A stretch of DNA of 64,000 bases from Streptosporangiaceae bacterium (lineage in GTDB: Bacteria > Actinomycetota > Actinomycetes > Streptosporangiales > Streptosporangiaceae), in the NCBI GenBank assembly GCA_036267555.1, contig DATAVV010000383.1:5443-69442 (forward strand), in the 5' to 3' direction. Below, piece by piece: positions 33,033 to 42,155 of this stretch. Below the pieces are notes generated by a model. It was given only the letters and a program-made list of their open reading frames with translations, did no database searches and had not been told where the DNA came from. A program made the position numbers and the translations under genes. Position 1 is the stretch's first letter, and each line of letters begins with the position of its first letter.

Positions 33033-33140
33033 TCAGCCGCCCCGGCGCCGGGCCCGGCTGGGGAAGCCGGACTGGCCTGGTTGCCGCGTTAAGGGTCAAA
33101 TGACAGTTGCGGGCGGCGGCCGTGCGGCGAGAGGCAAGCG

Positions 33141-33638
33141 GTGCCCGGCCGGGGGCTGTTAGTAGCCCCCGCCGACGGCCTGGTGCACGGGAAGTCCGCG
33201 GCCGGCACCGACGAGTTCCTCGGCATCCCGTACGCGCCCCCGCCCGTCGGCGCGCTGCGCTGGCAGCCGCCGCAGCCCGCCGCCCGGTGGCGGGGCGTCC
33301 GGCAGGCCACGGCGTTCGCCCCGCACTGCCCGCAGCCGCCGTCGGACTTCGGCGTAGCGAGCACTTCTGAGAACTGCCTGTACCTGAACGTATACGCCCC
33401 GGCACACGCCGCAAGCCTGCGCGGGCTGCCGGTCATGGTCTGGGTGCACGGCGGGTCGCTGCTGGTGGGGGAGAGCGATGACTGCAACCCGGCCGCACTG
33501 GTCCGCCGCGGCGTTGGACGGCCGCGTGCTGCCCCAGTCGATCGGCACCGCGCTGGCCAGCGGCCAGTTCAACCGCAGGTCGAGACCGACTTCTCGGCCG
33601 AGCACCACTGCGGGTTCTGGTCCCTGGCCGAGGGCTGA
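33141..33638 (+). pseudogene. Carboxylesterase type B remnant with large internal deletions and frameshifts
   Basis: Segment 1 is FLGIPYAPPPVGALRWQPP..ENCLYLNVYAP..LPVMVWVHGGSLLVGES (the N-terminal ~120 aa). Segment 2, in another frame, is DGRVLPQSIGTALASGQFNR (a mid/late motif). Segment 3 is the C-terminal ..HHCGFW tail. The GxSxG nucleophile region is absent. Confidence 0.6.
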
Positions 33639-33662
33639 CCGCCCCGCTTCGGCCCGGTCAGG

Positions 33663-33911
33663 TCACCAGCCGATCGCCGTCCCGTAGGCGGCCCAGCGCA
33701 CCTCGGTGATCACCTCGGCCGGGGAGAGGATCTCCGCGGTGGCCACGATGCGCACGCCGACCACGGCGTTGAAGTTGCACCGCTGAGCCCATTCGGCCAG
33801 CGCGTCGCGGGCCGTGCCCGGATTCGGGTGCCCGCGGCTGGTCAGGATCGTGGCGCGGTTTATGACCTGGCCGTCCCGCAGGCCCTGCGGCAGCGAGTCG
33901 GTGGTGGTCAT
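33663..33911 (-). CDS. Small YbjQ/UPF0145-like protein (tentative)
   Basis: MTTTDSLPQG..A..WAQRCNFNAVVGVRI..AAYGTAIGW resembles the GANAV.G...YGTAV pattern of YbjQ-family proteins. Confidence 0.4.
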   Translation of the reverse strand: MTTTDSLPQGLRDGQVINRATILTSRGHPNPGTARDALAEWAQRCNFNAVVGVRIVATAEILSPAEVITEVRWAAYGTAIGW

Positions 33912-33963
33912 CGGAATGCATGGCTCGGGCATCGGGCCAGTATCCCAGAGAGGGCCGCCGGTC

Positions 33964-35145
33964 TCAGTCGTGGTTGCAGGTGCGGCGCAGCGCGCCCGGG
34001 GTCAGGTCGGCCAGCGTGGGGTACCCGTCCACGGCCATGATCAGGTCGGCCTCGGCCAGGAGGCTGCGCAGGACGTGGACGATGCCGTCGACGCCGCCGA
34101 TCGCGAGCCCGTAGGCGTACGGGCGCCCGACGCCCACCGCGGTGGCGCCCAGGGCGAGCGCCTTGATCACGTCGGCGCCGGAGCGGACGCCGGAGTCGAA
34201 CAGCACGGGCAGGCCGTCGGCGGCGTCCACCACGGCGGGCAGGCAGTCGAGCGCGGGCAGGCCGCCGTCGGCCTGCCGGCCGCCGTGGGTCGAGCAGTAG
34301 AGCCCGTCCACCCCGCCGTCCTTGGCCCGGCGGGCGTCGTCGGGGTGGCAGATGCCCTTGACCAGCAGCGGCAGCGTGGTGAGCGAGCGCAGCCAGGGCA
34401 GGTCGTCCCAGGTGAGCGGGTTGCCGAACAGGCGGCTGAAGCCCCCGACCGTCGCGGCCACATCCTGCGCCGGGTCATGGATGCCCAGCAGGTCGCGGAA
34501 CACCGGGTCGGAGGTGTAGTTGGCCAGGCAGTGCCCGCGAAGCTGAGGGAAGTTGCTCGTGCCGAGGTCGCGCGGGCGCCAGCCGGTGACCCAGGTGTCG
34601 AGGGTGACCACGATGCCCTTGAACCCGGCCGCCTCGGCCCGGTGCACCAGGCTCGCGGCCAGGTCCCGGTCGGTGGGCGGGTAGAGCTGGAAGAAGCCCG
34701 GCGTGCCGCCGAACCGGGCCGCGACGTCCTCCATGGGGTCGACGGTCAGCGTGGAAGCGATCATCGGCACGCCGGTGCGCGCCGCGGCCTGTGCGGTGGC
34801 GAGGTCCCCGTGCCCGTCCTGGGCGCACAGGCCGATCACCCCGATGGGCGCCATGAACAGCGGGGACGGCAGCGTCATCCCGAACAGGTCGACGGACAGG
34901 TCGCGCTCGGTCGCGCCCACGAACATGCGGGGGATCAGGCCCCAGTCGTGAAACGCGCGCGCGTTGGCCCGCTGGGTGTGCTCACTGCCCGCGCCCCCGG
35001 CGACGTACGACAGCACCGACGGCGGCAGCGCCCGTGCCGCCCTGGCCTCGAGTTCGGGAAAGGCCATCGGGAACCGGGGCAGGACCCCGCGCAGGCCGTC
35101 GGCGTAGATCTCGGTCTGGTAGTCGCCGAACGCTCCGCTGATCAT
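33964..35145 (-). CDS. FMN-dependent alpha-hydroxy-acid oxidase/dehydrogenase (lactate 2-monooxygenase / LldD-like)
   Basis: [16 protein letters not shown] and [20 protein letters not shown] motifs. The length is 393 aa. Confidence 0.88.
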   Translation of the reverse strand: MISGAFGDYQTEIYADGLRGVLPRFPMAFPELEARAARALPPSVLSYVAGGAGSEHTQRANARAFHDWGLIPRMFVGATERDLSVDLFGMTLPSPLFMAPIGVIGLCAQDGHGDLATAQAAARTGVPMIASTLTVDPMEDVAARFGGTPGFFQLYPPTDRDLAASLVHRAEAAGFKGIVVTLDTWVTGWRPRDLGTSNFPQLRGHCLANYTSDPVFRDLLGIHDPAQDVAATVGGFSRLFGNPLTWDDLPWLRSLTTLPLLVKGICHPDDARRAKDGGVDGLYCSTHGGRQADGGLPALDCLPAVVDAADGLPVLFDSGVRSGADVIKALALGATAVGVGRPYAYGLAIGGVDGIVHVLRSLLAEADLIMAVDGYPTLADLTPGALRRTCNHD

Positions 35146-35234
35146 TGTCTATCTTGAGCACTGAGCCGATCGGGGTGTCAAGGACGGGTTCAGGGCGGCA
35201 GGCCCGCCGCGCGGGCCAGGACGGAGGGGACGAC

Positions 35235-35738
35235 GTGGGTTACTCGGCCGCGGGGTGGCTTGGCTTCGGCGCGGCGCTGGCCGGGGCGTCCGGCGCGCTG
35301 ACCGGCCTGTTGTTCGTCGCCGTCTCGTTCAAGAGCGACCTGATCACCCGGTCGCGCACCCTCGCCCCCCGCGCGGCGCAGACCCTGACGCTGTTCATGA
35401 TCTCGGTGCTCGCCGGGCTGCTGCTCGTGGCGCCCCAGCCCCGGGCCGCGCTCGGGTCCGAGTTCCTGGCCCTGGCGCTGGCCTGCGGCGTGATCCTGGT
35501 CATCCTCGACCGCCGGGCGACCCGCGGGGCCGGCGGGCCGGGACCGGACAGCAGGTTGGCCGGCTACCTTGACCGGTACTCGCCCAACCTGGTCACCGCG
35601 CTGCTGCTGGGCGTGGCGGGCATCACCGACCTCGTGCATGCGGGCGGCGGGCTTTACTGGCTGATCCCGGCCTCGATGGCCAGCCTGATCGGCGGCGTGG
35701 TCAGCGCGTGGCTGTTCCTGGTCAAGGTCAACGGGTAG
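35235..35738 (+). CDS. Integral membrane protein, unknown function
   Basis: GTG 35235 follows a GGAGGGG RBS. The ORF-track ATG 35145 would abut the divergent gene start. The protein has 4-5 hydrophobic helices. Confidence 0.55.
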   Translation: MGYSAAGWLGFGAALAGASGALTGLLFVAVSFKSDLITRSRTLAPRAAQTLTLFMISVLAGLLLVAPQPRAALGSEFLALALACGVILVILDRRATRGAGGPGPDSRLAGYLDRYSPNLVTALLLGVAGITDLVHAGGGLYWLIPASMASLIGGVVSAWLFLVKVNG

Positions 35739-35854
35739 CGAGCTAGGCCGGCGGCCCGTTGTGCCGCGCCACGGCGTCGGCGTAGTTCTGCAGCGTCTCG
35801 CCCGGGTTCGCGCCCTCGACCGCCGACCGGGTCACCGAGGCCGGGCTGGCAGAG

Positions 35855-36163
35855 GTGCGGCGCTGGCTGACCGCGACCCAGGTCGACCATACGCTCCGGG
35901 CGGAGCCGCTGCTGCGGTCGGCATTCTTCTGGCTGATGACGCCCGATCAGGTGGCCGCCCACCTGGACCAGGAGGCGGTCTACTTCCGGACCGTGGCCGG
36001 GAAGCTGCGCGAGATCGCGGACGGAAAGGACCGGGGCGAGTTCGGCCGCAGCCCGCAGACGCAGTCGCTGCGGGTCGCCATCGAGGCCTCGATCAGGGTC
36101 AACGAGGCACTGGCCGGCTGGGCCGAGTGGGCCAAGACCCAGCCCCCGGCCCGGGGCTCATAG
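35855..36163 (+). CDS. Hypothetical protein (102 aa)
   Basis: The ORF has coding-like composition (AFFWLMTPDQVAAHLDQEAVYFRTVAGKLREIADG). It has a GTG start and no recognisable family. Confidence 0.3.
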   Translation: MRRWLTATQVDHTLRAEPLLRSAFFWLMTPDQVAAHLDQEAVYFRTVAGKLREIADGKDRGEFGRSPQTQSLRVAIEASIRVNEALAGWAEWAKTQPPARGS

Positions 36164-36250
36164 GGCGCGCGGAGCCGGGGCCGCGCGCGCCCGGCACCGC
36201 CCGGCACCGCCGGGTGCCGTTCGCAGGGTCATGAAGCTGGCCAGATCCGG

Positions 36251-38533
36251 CTAGATGTTGCCCGGCGTCTCCTGGCGGGCGCCGTACTTGGCCGCGAGCG
36301 GATTCCAGACCTGGACGAACTCCTGCTTGGAGGTGGCCGCCTGCGAGTCCATGCTGAACGCGGCGCTGTAGGCCTTCGACCGCGCGGCGGGCTTGCACCC
36401 CGAGTGCAGTTGCTGCCGGGCCCAGATCAGGTAGTCGCGGTCGGCGCTCAGCGAGTCATGCAGGGCCTTGATCAGGTCGGCCTTGACCGCTGCGCCGTTG
36501 GTCAGGGCGCTCATGGTCAGGGCCTCGGCCTGCTTGTTCTCGGTGTTGCGCTGGTTCACGACCCGGCGGATCCTGGCCACCGACACGGGCAGGCTCTTGC
36601 AGTTGCGGACGTCACCGACCGCGCCAGCCAGGCTCTTCCTGGCGGCGCCGCTCGAATCGAGCAGGGTGGTCACGGCCGACGCCTGCTGGGTCGCCAGGCG
36701 GGAAGTGGACGCGGCCGGAGCCGAGGATCCGTTGGCGGACGCCGGCGATTTGCTCGGTGCCGAGCCGCCCGAGAACGCCACGATGGCGACGATCAGCACG
36801 ATGACGACGACGACCGCGCCCGCCCCGATCACTAGCCGCTTGTCGGCGGGGAGTTGCACGGTATGGCCGCCGGGGAGTCGCAGCGACGTGTCCTTCCGGC
36901 GCGGGCCCGCCCCGGCCAGCGGCTGCTGCCAGTTCGCCCCGGCCTGCTGCTGCCAGCCGGGTGCGCCCGCGGGCTGTGGCCAGTCAGGGCCGCCCTCGGG
37001 TCGCTGCCAGCCCGCTCCGCCCGACGGCGACTGCGGCGGCGGCGGCGACTGCGGCGGCTGCTGCCAGTTCCCTCCGGTCTGCTGCTGCCAGTTCGGCCCG
37101 GCCTGCTGCTGCCAGTCCGCTCCGCCCGGACCCTGCTGCCAGTCCGCTCCGCCCGCCGGCTGCTGCCAGTCCGGTGCGCCCGGCTGCTGCCAGTCCGCGC
37201 CGCCCACCGGTTGCTGCCAGTCCGCCGTCGCCCAGTCGGGATCCGGCGGGGCCGGGGTGAGGGCCTGCGTGGCCTGGACGTCGTGCGGCCCGGTCGGTCC
37301 CTGGCCGCCAGGCGGCCAGGCGGCCGGGGCGGCGGCGGCGTTCGGCTGGGTGTCGCCCGAGGCCGGCTCGGCATCGCCCGGCGCTGAGCCAGAGCCGCCC
37401 GCGGCATGTCCAGGGCTACCGGGAACCGGTCCCGCCAGCCCGGAGCCGGCCGGGGTCAGCCCCGGAATCAGGACCGACTCGGCCGGGGCCGCCCCGGGTC
37501 CGGGGCCGGCCGGGGTCAGGCCCGGGATCAGATCCGGCTCGGCGGAGGCCGGGCCGAGGCCGCCGTCCGCGCCCGGCCGGGCGTCACCGCCGGGGCCGAG
37601 GTAACCCGGCGCCTGCCACGACCCGGGAGTGGCGGGCTCGGCGGGCAGCAACCCGAGCGCGTCGTGCAGGTCCTCGGCGAACTCGGCGCAGCTTGGGTAC
37701 CGATCCGCCGGGTTCTTGGCCATGGCCCGGGCCAGCACCTGGTCGACGGCACCCGGCAGTTCCGGCCGCGCGGCGGCGGCCGAGGGCGGCGCCGCGTACA
37801 GGTGCGCGTACAGCACGGTCAGCCCCTGATCCTGCCCGAACGGCGGCGCGCCGCACAGCAGTTCGTAGCCGGAGCAGGCCAGCGAGTAGAGGTCCGCGCG
37901 CCCGTCCAGGGCGCGGCCCTCGATCTGCTCCGGCGCGGTGTAGTCGAGCCGTCCGGAGATCTGGCCGGTGGCGGCGGGGTCGCCCGGCGGGTCCTTGATC
38001 ATCCCGAAGTCGGACAGGTACACGTGATCGAAGTCGCTGCCGTCGGCCCGGCGCGGCGTCTGCCCGGCCGGCGTGCTGGTGTCGAGCAGCATGCTGGCGG
38101 GCTTGAGGTCGCCGTGGACCAGGCCGCGGGCATGCGCGGCGTCCAGGGCCGACGCGATCTGGGCGATGATGTTCCACGCCCACGCGGTCGGCAGCGGCCC
38201 GAGCCGTCCCAGCAGCCCCCGGGCGTCGCCGCCCTGGACGTAGCGCATGGCCACGTACAGGGCGCCGTTCGCCTCACCCGCCTCGTAGATCGGGATGATG
38301 TGCGGATGGCCGATCTCGGCGACCGCCTGGGACTGGCTCAGGAACCGGGCCTTGAAGACCTCGTCGCGGGTCAGTTCGGGCGTGAGGATCTTGAGCGCCA
38401 CCTGGCGGTCCCCGCGCTCATCCTGGGCGAGGTAGACAACGGCCAGGTCACCCCGGCCGATGTATCCCTCCAGGCGGTAACCGGCGACTGTGCCGGACAT
38501 CCCGGACAGAGCCGGCTGCGTTTCGCGGGTCAT
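36251..38533 (-). CDS. Transmembrane Ser/Thr protein kinase with P/G-rich DWQQP-repeat linker and extracytoplasmic C-terminal domain
   Basis: Kinase motifs are VALKIL, HGDLKPASMLL, SDFG and YTAPE. The TM helix is VVVVIVLIVAIVAF (aa ~568-587). About 170 aa lie outside the membrane. Confidence 0.88.
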   Translation of the reverse strand: MTRETQPALSGMSGTVAGYRLEGYIGRGDLAVVYLAQDERGDRQVALKILTPELTRDEVFKARFLSQSQAVAEIGHPHIIPIYEAGEANGALYVAMRYVQGGDARGLLGRLGPLPTAWAWNIIAQIASALDAAHARGLVHGDLKPASMLLDTSTPAGQTPRRADGSDFDHVYLSDFGMIKDPPGDPAATGQISGRLDYTAPEQIEGRALDGRADLYSLACSGYELLCGAPPFGQDQGLTVLYAHLYAAPPSAAAARPELPGAVDQVLARAMAKNPADRYPSCAEFAEDLHDALGLLPAEPATPGSWQAPGYLGPGGDARPGADGGLGPASAEPDLIPGLTPAGPGPGAAPAESVLIPGLTPAGSGLAGPVPGSPGHAAGGSGSAPGDAEPASGDTQPNAAAAPAAWPPGGQGPTGPHDVQATQALTPAPPDPDWATADWQQPVGGADWQQPGAPDWQQPAGGADWQQGPGGADWQQQAGPNWQQQTGGNWQQPPQSPPPPQSPSGGAGWQRPEGGPDWPQPAGAPGWQQQAGANWQQPLAGAGPRRKDTSLRLPGGHTVQLPADKRLVIGAGAVVVVIVLIVAIVAFSGGSAPSKSPASANGSSAPAASTSRLATQQASAVTTLLDSSGAARKSLAGAVGDVRNCKSLPVSVARIRRVVNQRNTENKQAEALTMSALTNGAAVKADLIKALHDSLSADRDYLIWARQQLHSGCKPAARSKAYSAAFSMDSQAATSKQEFVQVWNPLAAKYGARQETPGNI
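36920..37240 (-). repeat. In-frame tandem repeat encoding about 11-12 units of (G/A)x(D/N/G)WQQ(P/Q)xG
   Basis: The peptide reads ADWQQPVGGADWQQPGAPDWQQPAGGADWQQGPGGADWQQQAGPNWQQQTGGNWQQP...GAGWQRPEGGPDWPQPAGAPGWQQQAGANWQQP. The DNA periodicity is visible as repeated ctgctgccagtc on the plus strand. Confidence 0.85.
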
Positions 38534-38754
38534 GGGCGCACCTCACGAACCTCCGCTCGCGGTGCGGCTAGCGGGCAAAAGCAGCTCCACGATAGTGACA
38601 TTTCACCAGGCCTGTCCGGCCAACACCGAATCAACGACAGCTGAGCGGCCGCGCCCGGGCGGCATGCTCCGGGGTGCGGGCATCCAGAGATTTTGTCACG
38701 ATCGGCCCACCCGCAGGACGCTTTGCCACAGTCGCCGCGGCGCGGCCCCCGTTA

Positions 38755-39285
38755 TTAGGGCGCGGCCAGGCCCGAGTTGAGCAACTGATACAGGACGTGA
38801 TCTTGCCACCGGCCCGCGATGGCGAGGTACCCGGGCGCCAGGCCGAAGCGGACGAACCCGTTGCGCTCCAGCACGCGCTGTGAGGCGGTGTTGTGCGGCA
38901 GCGTCTCGGCCTGGATCCGGTGCAGCCCGAGTTCGCCGAAGGTCACGCCGATCATCTCGCGCACGGCCGCCGTGGCCAGGCCGCGCCCGTTGTGGTCCGC
39001 GGCCACCCAGTAGCCCATGCTGCACGACTGGAACGGGCCGCGCACGATGCCGCTGAGCGTGACGCGGCCCACGAGGCGGCCGGTTTCGTCGAGGATGCCG
39101 TGCGGCAGGCCCGATCCCTGCCGGTGCGCCGACAGCGCGTTCCTGACGACCTCCCGCTGCCCGCCGGCCGTGAAGTACTCCTCGCGGTGACGCGGGTCCC
39201 ATGGGGCGAGGAACTCGCGGTTGGCGCGGGCCAGGCCGGCCAGGGCGGGCGCGTCCTCGATCGTGAGGAGCCGGGTGACGCTCAT
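38755..39285 (-). CDS. GNAT-family N-acetyltransferase (RimJ/RimL-like)
   Basis: The start is taken at MSVTRLL (ATG 39285). RGLATAAVREMIGVTF and LHRIQAETLPHNTASQRVLERNGF motifs are present. Confidence 0.8.
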   Translation of the reverse strand: MSVTRLLTIEDAPALAGLARANREFLAPWDPRHREEYFTAGGQREVVRNALSAHRQGSGLPHGILDETGRLVGRVTLSGIVRGPFQSCSMGYWVAADHNGRGLATAAVREMIGVTFGELGLHRIQAETLPHNTASQRVLERNGFVRFGLAPGYLAIAGRWQDHVLYQLLNSGLAAP

Positions 39286-39289
39286 CTGC

Positions 39290-40117
39290 TCATGATCGCC
39301 GGGCCGGGCCGGGCCTGCGGGCCAGTTCGTAGGCAAAGCGGATCGTCTGCGTGAGCGGGTCCGCGGGCGCGAACGCGCTGAGCGCGCGGCGCAGGTCGGC
39401 CTCGAAACTGCCGGCGGACCGGCCCAGCGCGCTCCGGGACAGCGTCGAGGTGGAGAACGCGTAGCCGATTAGCGAATCGGGCGTCCACTCGTGAACCGCG
39501 GGGAACGTGTAGGAGCCCACGGCCTCGAAACCGGCCCCGGCCAGGACGTCGCGATCCGGCCGCTGCTCGCGGTCGGCGGCATAGCCGGCCGGGATCAGGG
39601 CGCTCGCGCCGGTGCGGGTCTTCCACTCGTCCGCGACGTGCGACGCGACCTGCTGCCAGGGCGCCGGGCCGGGCCACGGACCCTCGCTCCACAGCAGCGC
39701 GACGAACCGGCCCGGCCGCAGCCACCGCCAGGCGCGGGCGGCCACGGCCGTCCGGGGCAGGCGGTGAAAGGCGTTGCCGATGGTTACCAGGTCGAACGCC
39801 TCTTCGGGCGCGGAAAGGCCCGCGGCGTCCGCGACCATCGGGCGGATCGAGCCGATCCCGGCCGCCTGCGCCTTCTCGCGGACCACGTCGATCATCTCCG
39901 GTTCCTGGTCGACGGCCCAGATCTGGCCGAAATGACGGTGCAGGGCGAAGCTGATCAGCCCGGGACCGCAGCCTAAGTCGAGCAGCCGTCCCTCGCCGTC
40001 GGCCCCGGCGCGGGACGCGAGGTCATCGGCCAGGCTGCGCGGGTAGGGCACGCGGAAGCGGTCGTAGTACCGGGCGGTGCCCGTGTACAGGTCGCGCCGG
40101 AACTCTAATTCCTCCAC
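39290..40117 (-). CDS. Class I SAM-dependent methyltransferase
   Basis: RLLDLGCGPGLISFAL is motif I. FDLVTIGNAFH is also present. The start is taken at GTG 40117; the upstream ORF extension is non-coding-looking. Confidence 0.8.
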   Translation of the reverse strand: MEELEFRRDLYTGTARYYDRFRVPYPRSLADDLASRAGADGEGRLLDLGCGPGLISFALHRHFGQIWAVDQEPEMIDVVREKAQAAGIGSIRPMVADAAGLSAPEEAFDLVTIGNAFHRLPRTAVAARAWRWLRPGRFVALLWSEGPWPGPAPWQQVASHVADEWKTRTGASALIPAGYAADREQRPDRDVLAGAGFEAVGSYTFPAVHEWTPDSLIGYAFSTSTLSRSALGRSAGSFEADLRRALSAFAPADPLTQTIRFAYELARRPGPARRS

Positions 40118-40168
40118 CAGGCTATTGTCGCTTCCGGGGGGGCACCAGCGGCGCGAGGGGGGTTGATC

Positions 40169-40837
40169 ATGGCGCAGGGGCCGGAGCAGGCCCGGCCGGT
40201 CCGTAGCTGGCCCGCGGCCGCGGCCATCCTGGCCGAGCGGGACCCGGTGCTGCGCCGGCTGGCGGCGCAGGCCGGCCCGCCCCGCGTCCGGCCGCCGGCC
40301 GAATCGCATTTCGCGGCGCTGGTCCGCGCGGTCGTCTACCAGCAACTGGCCGGGGCCGCGGCCGCCGCGATCCACGGCCGCCTGATCGCCGCGCTCGGCG
40401 GTGAGGTCGCCCCCGAGCCGCTGCGGGCGCTGTCCGCCGACACGCTCCGGTCCGTGGGCCTGTCCGGCGCCAAGGCCGCGTCCGTGCGGGACCTGGCGGA
40501 CAAGGTGCTGGACGGGACGGTCGTGCTCGACCCGCGGGGCCTGCGGGCCGAAAGCGACGCCGAGGTCGTCGCCCGCCTGTCGGCCGTGCGCGGGATCGGC
40601 AAGTGGACCGCGGAGATGTTCCTGATGTTCCAGCTACGGCGCCTGGACGTGTGGCCCACCGGCGACCTGGGGGTGCGGAAGGGATTCGGGCTGGCCTGGG
40701 GGATCCCGACGCCGACCGCCAGGGAACTCGACCCGCTCGGCGAGCCCTACCGCCCGTACCGGTCGGTCGTGGCCTGGTACTGCTGGCGAGCCGCCGAGAT
40801 CTACGGCGGTGCCGCGGAAAGCGCCGTAACGCGGTGA
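40169..40837 (+). CDS. DNA-3-methyladenine glycosylase II family (AlkA-like, HhH-GPD)
   Basis: VRGIGKWTAEMFLMF is the helix-hairpin-helix. WPTGDLGVRKG is also present. ATG 40169 follows a GAGGGGGG RBS. Confidence 0.85.
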   Translation: MAQGPEQARPVRSWPAAAAILAERDPVLRRLAAQAGPPRVRPPAESHFAALVRAVVYQQLAGAAAAAIHGRLIAALGGEVAPEPLRALSADTLRSVGLSGAKAASVRDLADKVLDGTVVLDPRGLRAESDAEVVARLSAVRGIGKWTAEMFLMFQLRRLDVWPTGDLGVRKGFGLAWGIPTPTARELDPLGEPYRPYRSVVAWYCWRAAEIYGGAAESAVTR

Positions 40838-40868
40838 CCGGCCGCCCTGGTCGCCCCGATCGGTATAC

Positions 40869-41399
40869 CTAGCGCAGCCGGGCCAGTTCGCCGCGGACCT
40901 CGTCCCAGGGGAAGACGGCGGTCCCCTCGGTCGCGTCCGGCAGCCGGTCCGGGTCGAGGACGACGCGGACCCCCCATTCGGCCAGGATCGCCACGCTGCG
41001 CTCGAACACCGGATGGCGGGCCAGCGCCGCGTTGGGCCAGGGCGCGGCCACCATGGGCAGGCCCAGGCCCACCGCCTCGTTCAGCAGGCCGAGGGCCAGC
41101 GTGTCGCTGATCCCCTGGGCCCACTTGTTGACGGTGTTGAACGTGGCCGGCGCGATCACGAAGGCATCGGCGGGCGGCAGCACGTCCGGCTCGTCGGGAT
41201 GCTTGTACTGGCTGCGGACCGGATGCCCGGTCTGCTCGGCCAGCGGCCCGGTGTCCAGGAACTTCGTCGCGGCGGGCGTGGCGATCACGCACACGTCCCA
41301 GCCCTGCCGCTGCGCGAACCCCGCGAAGTCCGGCAGTTGCCCGGCCGGCCTCGCGCCGCACGCGACGACGTACAGGACAGGGGATCTGTCGGCGGTCAT
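40869..41399 (-). CDS. Flavoprotein (HFCD / phosphopantothenoylcysteine-decarboxylase-like fold)
   Basis: LYVVACGARPAG and IAPATFNTVNKWAQGISDTLALG motifs. Confidence 0.75.
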   Translation of the reverse strand: MTADRSPVLYVVACGARPAGQLPDFAGFAQRQGWDVCVIATPAATKFLDTGPLAEQTGHPVRSQYKHPDEPDVLPPADAFVIAPATFNTVNKWAQGISDTLALGLLNEAVGLGLPMVAAPWPNAALARHPVFERSVAILAEWGVRVVLDPDRLPDATEGTAVFPWDEVRGELARLR

Positions 41400-41431
41400 G
41401 CGAACGTCCTTTCCGGCGCCTGGTCGGCACG

Positions 41432-41449
41432 CTACATCCTGGGTTGTAG
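41432..41449. promoter_or_regulatory. 18-bp near-palindrome CTACATCC-TG-GGTTGTAG (copy 1 of 2)
   Basis: It lies in the divergent intergenic region between the flavoprotein and the sensor-kinase remnant. A second copy, CTACATCCCAGGTTGCAG, sits at 42817-42834. Confidence 0.3.
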
Positions 41450-41505
41450 CTGGGCTGCGACCCGGGACGGACGCGTTCGCGCCGGGTCGTGGCTACTGTT
41501 CGGTT

Positions 41506-42155
41506 ATGGCTGCTAGACAGGAAGCCGTGGCGCCGCTGCGGCCGCCGCTGGCCTACCGGATGACGCGCCGGCAGCGGGTGGCGGCCGACAGCGCGGTGGC
41601 GGCCGCCACGGTGCTGATCGTGGCGTTCAAAGCCGGGCTGCTGCATGGCTGGCACTCCCACATGCCCACGGCGGTGACGGCCGGCGCGGCCCTGGCGCTC
41701 GGCGCCGCCGTGCTGGCCGCCGTGGCCAGCGGCACCGGGCCGAGACCGAGCGCGGCCGCCAGGCCGTCAGGGAGGAACGGGTCCGGATCGCCCGCGAGCC
41801 GCACGACGTCGTGGCGCACAGCCTGAGCGTGGTCACGGTCCAGGCCGGCGTCGGCCGCCGGGTCGAGGCGGTCAGGCCGGGGGAGGCGCTGCGGGCGCTG
41901 CGGGCGGTCGAGGTGACCGGCCGGGGCGCGCTGGAAGAACTGCGGCGCATCCTGGGGCTGCTGCGCGACGAGGCCGAGGGGGCGAGCCTGGCCCGGGCGC
42001 CGGGGATCGAGGATCTCGGGGGAATTGGCGTCGGCATGCGCGAGCGCGCCGTGGCGTTCGGCGGCACGCTGGACGCCGGGCCGCCGCCGGGCGGCGGGTT
42101 CGGCGTCAGCGCGTTCCTGCCGGTGCGTGCGACGGCCGGGCAGGTGACCCGGTGA
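41506..42155 (+). pseudogene. Degenerate NarL-class (HisKA_3) sensor histidine kinase: frameshifted, ATP-binding core largely deleted
   Basis: The TM part (MAARQEAV..AVTAGAALALGAAVLAAVASG) is in one frame. EERVRIAREPHDVVAHSLSVVTVQAG (H-box) is in another. The H-box region runs after ~60 aa straight into the C-terminal G2-box tail GIGVGMRERAVAFGGTLDAGPPPGGGFGVSAFLP. The total is ~215 aa against the usual ~400. GTGA coupling to the response regulator is retained. Confidence 0.55.

Noticed and set aside
33814-35157. 447-aa plus-strand ORF
   Set aside because: It is antisense to the FMN-dependent alpha-hydroxy-acid oxidase, which has clear family motifs.
36468-38644. 378-aa Cys/Gln-rich CCQ-repeat ORF and 412-aa ORF on the plus strand
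   Set aside because: They are mirror images of the kinase gene and of its DWQQP repeat. The kinase motifs are on the minus strand.
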